Assembly: GCA_942493315.1 (NCBI GenBank) | Contig: OW818690.1 | Span: 1,714,165-1,778,164 of the forward strand | Source of the DNA: an uncultured Bacteroidota bacterium | Lineage (GTDB): Bacteria > Bacteroidota > Bacteroidia > Bacteroidales > WCHB1-69 | Direction of reading: 5' to 3' | DNA: 64,000 nucleotides | In this document: positions 46,053 to 56,439 of the stretch, in pieces | Position numbering within the stretch: position 1 is the first letter of the stretch | Layout of the letters: each line of letters begins with the position of its first letter | Program-made: the position numbers and the translations under genes | Notes under the pieces: generated by a model | The model's database searches: none | What the model saw: the letters and a program-made list of their open reading frames with translations, nothing else | Told to the model about the DNA's origin: nothing

Positions 46053-47693
46053 ATGGAAAAATTTCAATTCAAAAATAGCCTTAAGCTAAACTGGAAATCG
46101 GGACTCACCGTTGCCTTCATAAGTATTCCACTTTCACTTGCCTTGGCTATTGCATCAGGGGCAACACCTGTACAAGGAATTATTACCGCATTTTGGGCGG
46201 GTTTAATTGGAGCATTCTTAGGAGGAAGCCCATTTAATATTATTGGTCCAACGGGAGCATTGTCAGGAATCCTAATCTCTTTTGCTATTACCAGTGGGTA
46301 TTATGGTTTGCCGGTAATTGCTTTTTTGTCAGGTTTAATCATTTTGTTGTTTTATATTTTTAAATTTGATAAATATATCATTTTCATACCCCGAAGTGTT
46401 GTTCAAGGTTTTACACTTGGGGTTGCTTTTTTGATCGCCTTTGGCCAGTTGGATTCCATTTTAGGTGTTACCGGTGTAGAAAAAGGGGAAAATATGATTG
46501 AAAATATTGTAGCTACTTTATCCCATTTTTCTGAAATTAGATGGTCTATCTTTGCTATTTTTCTCGGAAGTGTCCTTTTTATTATCGTTTGGGATAAACA
46601 TATTAAAAAGTTACCTGGATCCATTATCATTGCTTTTGTCGGAATTATAGCTGCAATTATACTACAGAAGTCTCATTCTGCCTACCTTATGACCGTTTTA
46701 TCTGATAAATTTCCTGATATTAAGCCGGTTTTTTTTGATAACTTTTATGCCCATATTAAACCGGAACTTTTTTTGACTAAAAAGATTTGGTCCACCGCTT
46801 TTGCAGTGGCTGTAATCGGAATTCTCGAAACTTTATTATCGGGACAGATAGCCAAACAAATGACTAAAGTGCCCTTCAACAGAACCAGAGAAGTTTTTGG
46901 TTTGGCTATAGCAAATATCGGATCGGGGTTAATGGGTGGGATTCCTGCTACTGCAGCTTTAGCAAGAACCGCTTTAAATATCAAAAGTGGCGCAATAAGC
47001 AGAATCTCCGGCATCTTAAGTGCTTTCTTTTTAGCAATTATTGTATTGTTTTTGTTAACCTTCTTTAAAATGTTACCTATGGTGGTTATTGGTGCTATTC
47101 TATTTGTAGTTGCTTTGAGAATGTCTGAAGTGAAACACTTTATTAAACTGATTTACAATGAAAAAGCTGCTTTTACCATTACAACTACTGTAGCTGTTAT
47201 TACCGTTGTTCAAGATCCCATTATTGCGTTATTGGTGGGTAGTTTTATCTCCTTGTTGATTTTTGTAAACCACGTTTCTTATGGAACTACTGAAGTTACC
47301 TTGTGGAAAGATGCTAAATTGGTTGAGACCTTATTAAGTCCGGCTATTATCAAGAAGGATAAACTCGAAGCAGAACTGATTGTTTATAAAATTTCAGGAA
47401 CACTTACCTATATCAATATGCCGGCACATATTGATGCTGTCAGTAAAATTGTGAATAATAAGTATGTGATTATCTCTTTAAGAAATGCTTTTTATGCGGA
47501 TAGTGACGGTGTTGAGTACTTAGGAGAGCTAGTAGAAATATTAAAATCTTCTAATGAAACCATTTATCTTTCCGGCGTCAATGATATGATTCTAAAAGCG
47601 ATAGAAAAAGAACAATTCTATAAACAAAAGCTTTCTGAAAATAAAATCTTTGAAAGAACCTCTGATGCGATCAGAGAAGTATACGGGATTTAA
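46053..47693 (+). CDS. SulP-family anion transporter with STAS domain
   Basis: GLTVAFISIPLSLALAIASG, IGPTGA, ETLLSG, GGIPATAALART and C-terminal STAS-like domain. Confidence 0.9.
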   Translation: MEKFQFKNSLKLNWKSGLTVAFISIPLSLALAIASGATPVQGIITAFWAGLIGAFLGGSPFNIIGPTGALSGILISFAITSGYYGLPVIAFLSGLIILLFYIFKFDKYIIFIPRSVVQGFTLGVAFLIAFGQLDSILGVTGVEKGENMIENIVATLSHFSEIRWSIFAIFLGSVLFIIVWDKHIKKLPGSIIIAFVGIIAAIILQKSHSAYLMTVLSDKFPDIKPVFFDNFYAHIKPELFLTKKIWSTAFAVAVIGILETLLSGQIAKQMTKVPFNRTREVFGLAIANIGSGLMGGIPATAALARTALNIKSGAISRISGILSAFFLAIIVLFLLTFFKMLPMVVIGAILFVVALRMSEVKHFIKLIYNEKAAFTITTTVAVITVVQDPIIALLVGSFISLLIFVNHVSYGTTEVTLWKDAKLVETLLSPAIIKKDKLEAELIVYKISGTLTYINMPAHIDAVSKIVNNKYVIISLRNAFYADSDGVEYLGELVEILKSSNETIYLSGVNDMILKAIEKEQFYKQKLSENKIFERTSDAIREVYGI

Positions 47694-47783
47694 TTAGCAA
47701 ATTAGCAAATTAGCAAATTAATAATAATAATTCGAGCATTCGAGCACACGAGCACACGAGCATTCGAGCATTCGAGCATTCGA
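47694..47783. repeat. intergenic region made entirely of simple repeats
   Basis: (TTAGCAAA)x3, (AAT)n, then TTCGAGCA/CACGAGCA x6 plus a partial unit, between two convergent stop codons. Confidence 0.9.
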
Positions 47784-49097
47784 TTATTTGCGTTGTTTAA
47801 TCTCCTGAATTTTAATTTGAAGGTACTTTTCAAATGGAATGCCTAAGCGAATAGCTTCGATTCGGAGTTGGTTGTAAAAGTTGTTATCCCGGAATAAATC
47901 GTTGATAATCAATAAATCAGGATCAATTTTTTCGTTAGGAACAAATTGTGCTAAAGCTTGTTCTAAGAACTCCCATCCAAATTTGTATAAGTTAGCATCT
48001 GTAATCATGATCAATACGATCTGATGTTCTAAAACCTGCTGTTTCAACTGCGTTATATTAACGGTATCGTTCCATGCCCAAATATTGGGCCATTTCGTTT
48101 TGTTGTAATACCAATAATCGTGTTGAGAAAACATTTGTCCCGTGTACCCGGAATTGATGAGTCCCCAATAGTAACTATCTCCAATGGTTAACACTTTTGG
48201 TCTGGTAGTGTTGTTGTTAGCCACTATTTTTTTGATAGGGAAATTCATCTTTTCATGGGGAAGTTCACATAATAAATTCATCGGCGGCTCTAAGTCAAAA
48301 TCCAAATCTTTGTTGAATGTGGAATTGGTATCACCTACCTGGATAATCTCCGGTAAATGGATGTTACATTGATTTTCAATGAAATGAGTTAAAGTATCAG
48401 CAGCTTGCCACAATCCATAAGTGCTCCAATGTACTCCATATTTTGAATATAATTGATGAGGAGCATGCTCTTTCAATTCCTTAAAATATTGATTAAGATC
48501 TAAATAGGATACACCAAGTTTTTTAGACCAATCTACAAAACTTTCATAATTGGAGCGTCCTTTTTGGTCAGGATGGTATCTGTCCGGTATAAATTCCGGA
48601 CTGAAATGCGCTTTACCGGGTTCAATAACTGGAATTAAATCAATTTGATACTCTTTTTTTAGAATATCCTGAAGTTTTTTCAACTCTTCAACCCGTTTTT
48701 TCATCAACTGATCTCCTATGAAGTTATGTCCAAGATATTCTGTAATATACATCTCTTCATAGAAATAATCCTCTTTTCCTAATATCAGTTTTTCAGTTTT
48801 GGATGCTCTGAATAACCGATATTGCCATTCATTGTGAAACCGTACCCAATAGTTCCCAAAAGAGATGGGATTTTTACAGGCAGATTCCATTTTATCCTGA
48901 AAACTATTATTGATAAAATCTTTTAAAGTTAAATCTTTAATTGATACGCTCGATCTATTGATACTGTTTAATTCAGGGCCATACCCATTTTTAAACCATG
49001 AAAACCCTAAAGGAATCAATAAAACAAAAAGAATAATCCCAAATATAATTTTGGTGATTAATTTTCTATTTTTGAAAGAATCTCGAATTTTTGTCAT
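47784..49097 (-). CDS. AlgX/AlgJ-like O-acetyltransferase
   Basis: N-terminal TM, ILGKEDYFYE, IEPGKAHFSPEFIP, YGVHWS and LTIGDSY. Confidence 0.78.
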   Translation of the reverse strand: MTKIRDSFKNRKLITKIIFGIILFVLLIPLGFSWFKNGYGPELNSINRSSVSIKDLTLKDFINNSFQDKMESACKNPISFGNYWVRFHNEWQYRLFRASKTEKLILGKEDYFYEEMYITEYLGHNFIGDQLMKKRVEELKKLQDILKKEYQIDLIPVIEPGKAHFSPEFIPDRYHPDQKGRSNYESFVDWSKKLGVSYLDLNQYFKELKEHAPHQLYSKYGVHWSTYGLWQAADTLTHFIENQCNIHLPEIIQVGDTNSTFNKDLDFDLEPPMNLLCELPHEKMNFPIKKIVANNNTTRPKVLTIGDSYYWGLINSGYTGQMFSQHDYWYYNKTKWPNIWAWNDTVNITQLKQQVLEHQIVLIMITDANLYKFGWEFLEQALAQFVPNEKIDPDLLIINDLFRDNNFYNQLRIEAIRLGIPFEKYLQIKIQEIKQRK

Positions 49098-49105
49098 AGT
49101 TATTA

Positions 49106-50527
49106 TTAAAATCTGAAGTATATAAATGGATTAAAACCTCCTGCCATTAAAGAACCACCGCATAAAACATATAAGACAACAGCACATAAAACGGAGAAAA
49201 TTAAAGGTTTTAGTTTTATATTTTTATTGTAAAGATTATATTGAAAGAGTTCCACTTTTTTAATAATTCCCATAAAGGAGAAAAGAGCAGCCAGTGAAAG
49301 AATAGTGATTAATCGGCTATCGAAATAAAATTCATCCATACGGTTATCGAAGCTGAACAGTTTACGGTAAAAGCTTATCGCATAAGAGATTGATTCGGAA
49401 CGAAAGAGAACCCATCCCATAATTGCAAAGAAGAATGTGATGATGGTTGCCGGAATTTTCCCTATTTTACGAAGTGTTTTTAGAAGAAAAATCCGATCAG
49501 CAATCAGGAAAATGCCATGATATGCTCCCCAGGCAATGAATGTCCAGGCTGCACCATGCCAGAAACCGGAAATGGTAAAAACGATGATCAGATTTAAGTA
49601 AATCCTTTGAATTTTCACCCGATTTCCACCCAAAGGGATATATAGATAATCTTTCATCCAGTTTCCTAAAGTGATGTGCCATCTTCTCCAGAACTCTGAT
49701 ATACTCTGTGAAATGTATGGAAAATTAAAATTTTCAGGAAATTCATATCCAATCATTTTGCCAATTCCTAAAGCCATATCAGAATAACCGGAGAAATCAA
49801 AATAGATCTGGAACGTGTATGCTAATAATCCTATCCATGCTGTACCCGTTGAGAAATAATCGGGTGATACTGCAAAAATGAGATCCGCTTCTTCAGCTAA
49901 AACGTTAGCAATTAAAACTTTTTTGGAAAGACCAATAGAAAATCTTATAAATCCGACCAAACGATTATCGAAACCATTATTTTGAGTTCTATCATATAAT
50001 TGTGACTCCACTTCCTTATATCTAACGATTGGACCTGCAATGAGTTGTGGAAACATCAGAATGTACAGGGCATAATCAAAAACTGTTTTTAACGGATTCC
50101 CATTTTTGCGATATACGTCAATGGTGTAGGACATTTTTTGGAATGTAAAGAACGAGATTCCAATCGGAAGTAACACTTTGGTCCACGAAACAGCTTCAAA
50201 TCCGAACCAACTCATGATGTTATTGACATTGTCAACAAAGAAATTAGCATATTTAAAATACAACAGAAATCCGGTATTTAAAATAATGGAAGCGATAAGA
50301 AACCATCTCCGTTTTTTCCCTTCGTAGGTACTCATTTTTTTGATGATATAAAAATCGATCAGCAAAGAAGTAAGAACGATCAGGATAAACTTTGGGGCGC
50401 CCCAGGTATAGAAAAAGATACTAAAAACCAACAATAAAACATTTTGGATTTTATGATTGGAAAAATAATAAAATACCAAAAAAACAGGTAAAAAGTAGAA
50501 TAGGAAAAGGGGAGTGGAGAAAACCAT
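49106..50527 (-). CDS. MBOAT-family O-acyltransferase (AlgI/PatA-like)
   Basis: LPIGISFFTFQKMSY, FPQLIAGPIVRY, DFSGYSDMALG, EFWRRWHITL and GFWHG. Confidence 0.92.
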   Translation of the reverse strand: MVFSTPLFLFYFLPVFLVFYYFSNHKIQNVLLLVFSIFFYTWGAPKFILIVLTSLLIDFYIIKKMSTYEGKKRRWFLIASIILNTGFLLYFKYANFFVDNVNNIMSWFGFEAVSWTKVLLPIGISFFTFQKMSYTIDVYRKNGNPLKTVFDYALYILMFPQLIAGPIVRYKEVESQLYDRTQNNGFDNRLVGFIRFSIGLSKKVLIANVLAEEADLIFAVSPDYFSTGTAWIGLLAYTFQIYFDFSGYSDMALGIGKMIGYEFPENFNFPYISQSISEFWRRWHITLGNWMKDYLYIPLGGNRVKIQRIYLNLIIVFTISGFWHGAAWTFIAWGAYHGIFLIADRIFLLKTLRKIGKIPATIITFFFAIMGWVLFRSESISYAISFYRKLFSFDNRMDEFYFDSRLITILSLAALFSFMGIIKKVELFQYNLYNKNIKLKPLIFSVLCAVVLYVLCGGSLMAGGFNPFIYFRF

Positions 50528-50545
50528 TAGTTAGTTGAGAAGCAA

Positions 50546-53500
50546 TTAGTTTTTGATCACTTTAACATTTTGAACAGCTTGATTTTCAGTTCTGATTTTC
50601 ACAAAGTAAATCCCTGAACTGATTGAACTAAGGTTTAGATCCACTATATTTTGGTTAACAGATTGTTCCCATAACAGTTTCCCATTTACATCAAAAATTT
50701 GAACAGATTGAATCATTTGGTCCCGGTTGCTGATGGTTATGAAGTCTTTCGTAGGATTTGGATAAACTAAAGATAGATTGGAACTATTATGATCATCAAT
50801 GCCCAAACCAGACACAACTTTCATCTGAATAGGGGTAATCACTTGATTCCCATCAGTTACAGTTGTAATCATATTGGCAAGATAAATTTCGCCCACTACT
50901 TTATTGCGGGTGTTAAAAGAGAGTCTTATTTGTCTGGATTGAAGACTATTAACACTTCCATTTGGATAATTTGAAGTACACCAGTTTACAGGATTATTAA
51001 GCGTATCTAAAATAGTATTGGTAAAAATGGCATAAATAGGGGTTGTAGAGGTTAAAGTTACATTTGAATCTAAAGTGGACCCCATAGGTAATTCAATATA
51101 AATGGTTTCAGGTGTTACATTTAAAGTGGGGATTGCATTATTATCTGTTGGAAAACAGATATCATCTACCCAGGCTTTATCGCTACCGGTATCAACAGAT
51201 AAATCTTTATAATATTGCCATTGGAATAAGTGGTTCCCGGTAGTAACAGGGTAAGAAACTAAAGCCCAATTTAGTTCACCACTCCATTCTGCTTTTTTCA
51301 CTCCATCGATAAAGAAGCGGAGGAAATCATAAGTACTTTCAGAAGAAACTTTTCTTTGGAAGCTGATTTCTCCATCAACTACAATATTTTTTTGCCAATA
51401 CATACTGGATTGTTGAAGGTGAGTAATCACACCTGATGCAGCAGACTGTAACCCGCCTGCACTTATTGTATTGGATATCACCCATGCTGTATCTGAAAAA
51501 GTTATAGGAGCAGGAAATCCGTCTTCAAATCCATCACAATTCGATTCACCGACTAACGTGATAATGATTGTTTTAAAGAAACTATTATTTACATATACAT
51601 CAATAAGGGCATCAACAGTAGTTCCAGATACAAAATTATTATTTACACTGATTTCAAAAGGCAAATTAGTAGTAGCTTCTATACCTAATGTAGTTATATC
51701 TATTTGTGCTAAAGTTGTGGTTAATTCAGGTTCAGCAAAATGAAGTACAAAACGTAAGTTATTAATTTCAGAAGCTCCTGTATTTTTTGCAACAACAGTA
51801 AAATTACTATTTTCACCCGGGTCAAATACATTATTATTGCCGGAAACTAAATTAAAATCTATGACATTTACATCTCTACCTTTGATAATGAAATTTTGGA
51901 CACCATTAGAGTTGATGTTATTTGATGAAGTTATCAATGTTGCAAATTCAGCATTATAGTTATTTGGAGTTGCTCCATCAACAACGAATTTAATACTATT
52001 GTTTAAAATATATTCATTTCCACCTGCAATATATCCAAAGTATTCAGAACTATCTATTAAGGTGATATAATCATCTTGTATAGAAAATTTAAGATTACAA
52101 CCGTCTAAGCCGACAACATCCACATTTCTTACTGTAACTGATAAAATAACGGTATCACCGGCACTGATGTTTGTGCTTCCGTTGGCATTTACATCAATGT
52201 TTGAAATCAGTAATGCAGAATTATAAGTACTGGAGAAATTGATTATTTTGGTTGTTCTAACTTCGTTGTTATCACAGCAGGTAACGGCCACAGGAACATG
52301 ATCTAAAGCCATATCCATTCTTCCGGTAAGTTCACCGGTTCGTGTTAAAGTTAATCCTGCAATTGAAGGGGGAGGAGTAAATCTGAAATTTCGATTAGCA
52401 CAAGAAGCAGCAGATACACCTGAAATGGCAGTTTTTGCAAAAATGATGGCATCACCTCTAGATAAAACAGATATAAAACTGGACCCGGTGTAACTCATAT
52501 CTCCGTAGTAATACTCAATGACGCCTGTGTTGTATAATTTGACAGTAAATTTAACACTATTAGCGGTTTGAGTTTTAATATTAGCGCTAAAAGTTAATGT
52601 GATACTATTGGCATCAGCAGTTTTTTTCACAGAAGAAATCACCAAATCACCTCTAAAAGGCCCTATAAATCTGGAAGTTCTCAATTGATTATCAGCATCT
52701 TTCAAAAATGGCCAGTTGTAAGTATCGTATCGGAATGCGATATATCCATCAGCAAAAACGACAATTTGATTGTATTTGGTTTCAAAAAATGGAAAACTAA
52801 ATGAGAGTGGAATGGTGGCATACCCATTGTCAGAACTGGATAAAGAAACAACGGTACCTTCATTTGTAGGGTAAGGTGCAGCAAATTCTTCCAGATTGTA
52901 TTCATGAGAAAGCTCCCAGCGATAAGGAGGTAAGCCATTTTCAGCGTCTAATTGTTCTGAAAAATTCTCAAAAGCACTTATGGTAATGGTATCAGTTGTA
53001 ATATTGGGTTTTGAAAAGTTCAAAGTATGACTAACCCCAAGATAAGTAGTTGTATTATTTGTGATATTGGTATTGGTATTACTGCATGCAATTTCAACGG
53101 GAGTTGTTCCTGTGTAATCCATAACGGAGAAATTTGCAATTTGACCGGTTCCGGTTCCACTAGGATCGTTTTCTGTAACACCTAAGAAAAACTTATAAGG
53201 AGCACCAGGTTCCATTGAGTTAAGCAAAGGGGTTACATCCAAACCTAATTCCAGTATTTTATCTGCCTCTGTTGTGCCACCTTGCATAGATAATTCACCA
53301 CCTTGAAAATTAAAAACATTAAATCCAATGGTAGTACTAGGAGTTGTTGCATTAACATCAGGATTAATTCCGGCAGTAAGTCGGATCATTCCACGTTTAT
53401 CGTGTTTGATGGTTGCTTTGTATGTGATTTGAGGGAATACTTCATCTCTTAAATTTACGATGTAAACACAAGCATTCCAGACTCCTCCGTTTTCAGTATG

Positions 53501-54463
53501 AGTTTCTGCTAATTTTTTGTAAGGAAGGTAAGCAAATCCGTTGTTTCCCCAACCGGTTCCGAAAGAGTTGCAAAAGATAACACCACCAATTTCCCAATCT
53601 TTTACATTAAGAACTCCATCTCCATTGATATCAATATTGTTCGTATATTGACCATCACCATTATAATCATAACGAATGGAATCATTATAACCAACAATTG
53701 TTTGAGAGTGATTTACATAAGAAGAGAAAGTGGTCATTACTGCTTTTCCACCTTCAGGAGTTCCGGCAGGTAAAGTGCCGTTTGTTCCTTGATAAGTACA
53801 GTAAAAATGGGCCATTCCTCCTTGTCCTTCACCCGTGCAGTGATTGGCAATCCAATGTCTTAATGTATTGATTCCTTCTGCTGTTGTTGTAGGAATTGCA
53901 TACATATCGACAATTCTGTTTTGCATACCTCTATAATACTTGTCATATCCGGAGATCCACTTACTGGCACCACCGGCAGCATAAGAGGTACCCCAGTCTG
54001 GTGTAAATGGAGAGCCTGCTGTTCTGATTACCTGCCAGGTATCCATAGCACTAACACCGGAACTGGCTCCACCATTACAAAAATTCCAGGCAAAATGGGA
54101 AGGAATATGATAGGTGTTAATTGGATTGTCAAATAAAACAAAACGATTTCTTCTCACAGCCAATTCATAAGTGAATAAATAGGTGAGCGTACTGGCTTGA
54201 CCACACTCTAAAGCTGATTGGTAGAAAATATATGGGAAATAATAGGTTTGTGAATTGTCAACCATGGATGGTATGGTAGAATTTCTTTGAACTGCATCCA
54301 TCGAAAAAACCGGCAAGTCCTGCAACATAGATTGATCTTTGACTGAAAGTAACTGCGGTGCTATTGTGTATAATGAATCTAAAAAGATCTCATTTACAGG
54401 TTGTTGACTATAACCTGAGCAGGTTAAAAGAATAAATAAAATAACAGATAAAATTTTTTTCAT
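50546..54463 (-). CDS. T9SS-secreted papain-like (clan CA) cysteine protease with adhesin/Ig-like domains
   Basis: YQSALECGQAS (Gln/Cys), NHSQTIVGYND (His), CNSFGTGWGNNGFAY (Asn); CTD VYPNPTKDFITI...KVIKN. Confidence 0.8.
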   Translation of the reverse strand: MKKILSVILFILLTCSGYSQQPVNEIFLDSLYTIAPQLLSVKDQSMLQDLPVFSMDAVQRNSTIPSMVDNSQTYYFPYIFYQSALECGQASTLTYLFTYELAVRRNRFVLFDNPINTYHIPSHFAWNFCNGGASSGVSAMDTWQVIRTAGSPFTPDWGTSYAAGGASKWISGYDKYYRGMQNRIVDMYAIPTTTAEGINTLRHWIANHCTGEGQGGMAHFYCTYQGTNGTLPAGTPEGGKAVMTTFSSYVNHSQTIVGYNDSIRYDYNGDGQYTNNIDINGDGVLNVKDWEIGGVIFCNSFGTGWGNNGFAYLPYKKLAETHTENGGVWNACVYIVNLRDEVFPQITYKATIKHDKRGMIRLTAGINPDVNATTPSTTIGFNVFNFQGGELSMQGGTTEADKILELGLDVTPLLNSMEPGAPYKFFLGVTENDPSGTGTGQIANFSVMDYTGTTPVEIACSNTNTNITNNTTTYLGVSHTLNFSKPNITTDTITISAFENFSEQLDAENGLPPYRWELSHEYNLEEFAAPYPTNEGTVVSLSSSDNGYATIPLSFSFPFFETKYNQIVVFADGYIAFRYDTYNWPFLKDADNQLRTSRFIGPFRGDLVISSVKKTADANSITLTFSANIKTQTANSVKFTVKLYNTGVIEYYYGDMSYTGSSFISVLSRGDAIIFAKTAISGVSAASCANRNFRFTPPPSIAGLTLTRTGELTGRMDMALDHVPVAVTCCDNNEVRTTKIINFSSTYNSALLISNIDVNANGSTNISAGDTVILSVTVRNVDVVGLDGCNLKFSIQDDYITLIDSSEYFGYIAGGNEYILNNSIKFVVDGATPNNYNAEFATLITSSNNINSNGVQNFIIKGRDVNVIDFNLVSGNNNVFDPGENSNFTVVAKNTGASEINNLRFVLHFAEPELTTTLAQIDITTLGIEATTNLPFEISVNNNFVSGTTVDALIDVYVNNSFFKTIIITLVGESNCDGFEDGFPAPITFSDTAWVISNTISAGGLQSAASGVITHLQQSSMYWQKNIVVDGEISFQRKVSSESTYDFLRFFIDGVKKAEWSGELNWALVSYPVTTGNHLFQWQYYKDLSVDTGSDKAWVDDICFPTDNNAIPTLNVTPETIYIELPMGSTLDSNVTLTSTTPIYAIFTNTILDTLNNPVNWCTSNYPNGSVNSLQSRQIRLSFNTRNKVVGEIYLANMITTVTDGNQVITPIQMKVVSGLGIDDHNSSNLSLVYPNPTKDFITISNRDQMIQSVQIFDVNGKLLWEQSVNQNIVDLNLSSISSGIYFVKIRTENQAVQNVKVIKN

Positions 54464-54491
54464 AAACCGGTATATTAGGAATATTAACCTG

Positions 54492-54499
54492 CAAATATA
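54492..54499 (-). promoter_or_regulatory. -7 promoter box for the protease gene
   Basis: TATATTTG on the minus strand. Confidence 0.55.
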
Positions 54500-54525
54500 C
54501 GATTTATTTTAGAAAAAAATGAATT

Positions 54526-56211
54526 TTAAACAGTCTGATAAGGTATTGTAAAATAAAAAGTTGAACCAATCCCTTCTACTGATTCAACACTAATTGTTCC
54601 ACCTAACATTTCAACATAAGATTTTGCGATTGAAAGCCCTAAGCCAGACCCTTGATAGGACCTTCTATTATCCAAATCAACTTGTATAAAACGCTCAAAT
54701 ATTGATTCTTGACGATCAATTGGAATTCCTATTCCGGTATCAGTGACATAGAACTGAAGCTCATTGATCTTTGAATTTTTATTTATTACCTTATATCCAA
54801 ACTCGATATATCCCTGATGAGAATATTTGATGCTGTTTTTTACCAAATTGGTTAATATGGAATAAAATTTATCTGCATCTGTAATAATTGTGGAATCAGA
54901 GTCTTCTAAATCATATTTAAGAATCAATTCCATTCCTTTTGCTTCCACTTCCGGTTTAAAAAAATGATAAATTAATTGAATCTGATCATTTAAATCCATG
55001 ACATCTTTTCTTACTTCAACCATACCGGCTTCAATTTTTGAAACATCAATAATATCATTAATCACATTCAATAACTTATGACAACATTGATGTATGATAG
55101 AACTGTAATGTTTTTGCTCATTATAAGTTAATTCTGTTTGACTCATCAAGTCTGTAAATCCAATGATCCCATTCATCGGAGTTCTTATTTCATGGCTCAT
55201 ATTGGCTAAAAATGAAGATTTTAACCGTTCACTCTCTTCAGCCTTTTTTTTAGCCTCTTTCAATTCTATCTCTTTTTGTTTTAATTCGGAAATATCCCGA
55301 AAAACCATTAAAGTTCCTAAAAAATCTAAATGTTTGATGTTATATAATGATTCAGTTACTAATAAAGTTTTAGATTCTTGATTAGAAGTTTTTACATCAA
55401 GTTCAAAAGATTGAAGTGTGTTTTTAGAATCTAATTGGGAACGATTTAAAAATGGATCTAAACAATCCTTTTTTATAAAATCTGCTATAGATTTTCCGGT
55501 TACTTGAGATGCTTCAAAATTTAAAATATAATGAGCTTGTGGATTTGCATATTGAATCATATCTTTTTGATCAACAATAATAATCCCTTCGCCTAATACT
55601 TCTATTAAATTTCTCATTTTCATTTCACTGTCAATAAGTATTGACTCTGAGTCCTTTTTTGATTTTAAAATCAAATAGATAACAAATTGAATTGTAAATG
55701 TAATAACAATAATAGTATAACCTAATTCAGGATCAATTTTAAACTGAAAAAAGAATAAAATCATTGTTAATAGGGATAAAATAGAATAATAAATAATATA
55801 TTTTACATTGGAGACTGCTGCTGCATTAATAGATGCAACCAAAATGAATGTTATAGAAGTGATCAGAGAAAAATCGTTTACACTAGCAATATAAATGGCC
55901 CAAATAAATACAAAGAAGAGACAAAGATTAAAAAATGATATGATATGATTAGTTACAAATTTAATTTTAAAACTAAGAAAATAAATTGAAAAAAATAACC
56001 CTGAAATAATAATTCTTAAGCCAATAGGATCAATGAGTTCTTTTTCTACCAGTTTATAAACGAACCCTGTAAAAGGGAATAATAGGGCTATATAGAAAAT
56101 TGCTAATCTGTAATATTTAATATGTGAATCCAAATAATCTGTTTTAAAAAAAGTGATTTCTTTAGGGGTAGAACCTTTTTTAAATTTTCTAAATATCGAA
56201 TGATAATCCAT
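54526..56211 (-). CDS. membrane PAS-domain sensor histidine kinase
   Basis: N-terminal TMs, PAS region, FLANMSHEIRTPMNG, NLVKNSIKY, DTGIGI and GSGLGLSI; no receiver domain. Confidence 0.92.
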   Translation of the reverse strand: MDYHSIFRKFKKGSTPKEITFFKTDYLDSHIKYYRLAIFYIALLFPFTGFVYKLVEKELIDPIGLRIIISGLFFSIYFLSFKIKFVTNHIISFFNLCLFFVFIWAIYIASVNDFSLITSITFILVASINAAAVSNVKYIIYYSILSLLTMILFFFQFKIDPELGYTIIVITFTIQFVIYLILKSKKDSESILIDSEMKMRNLIEVLGEGIIIVDQKDMIQYANPQAHYILNFEASQVTGKSIADFIKKDCLDPFLNRSQLDSKNTLQSFELDVKTSNQESKTLLVTESLYNIKHLDFLGTLMVFRDISELKQKEIELKEAKKKAEESERLKSSFLANMSHEIRTPMNGIIGFTDLMSQTELTYNEQKHYSSIIHQCCHKLLNVINDIIDVSKIEAGMVEVRKDVMDLNDQIQLIYHFFKPEVEAKGMELILKYDLEDSDSTIITDADKFYSILTNLVKNSIKYSHQGYIEFGYKVINKNSKINELQFYVTDTGIGIPIDRQESIFERFIQVDLDNRRSYQGSGLGLSIAKSYVEMLGGTISVESVEGIGSTFYFTIPYQTV

Positions 56212-56267
56212 ATTGTTGTTTTATGAGTTTTTAAAAACAAAAATTTGACTTTTTTACAAATAAATTG

Positions 56268-56275
56268 CAAATATA
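56268..56275 (-). promoter_or_regulatory. -7 promoter box for the histidine kinase
   Basis: TATATTTG on the minus strand. Confidence 0.5.
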
Positions 56276-56379
56276 GTAAAAAATTGAACACTTTAACAAT
56301 GAATATGTTAAAATGAATTTTTTTTTCACATTCAAAGTATAACTTATAATTTATTACTCAAAACTTATAACTTTTTTTT

Positions 56380-56387
56380 TATCTTTG
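56380..56387 (+). promoter_or_regulatory. -7 promoter box for the helicase
   Basis: TATCTTTG 52 nt upstream of ATG 56440. Confidence 0.55.
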
Positions 56388-56439
56388 CATGATGAAAAAA
56401 TAAATATAAAACTAAATTTACTAATCAAAACTCAACATT

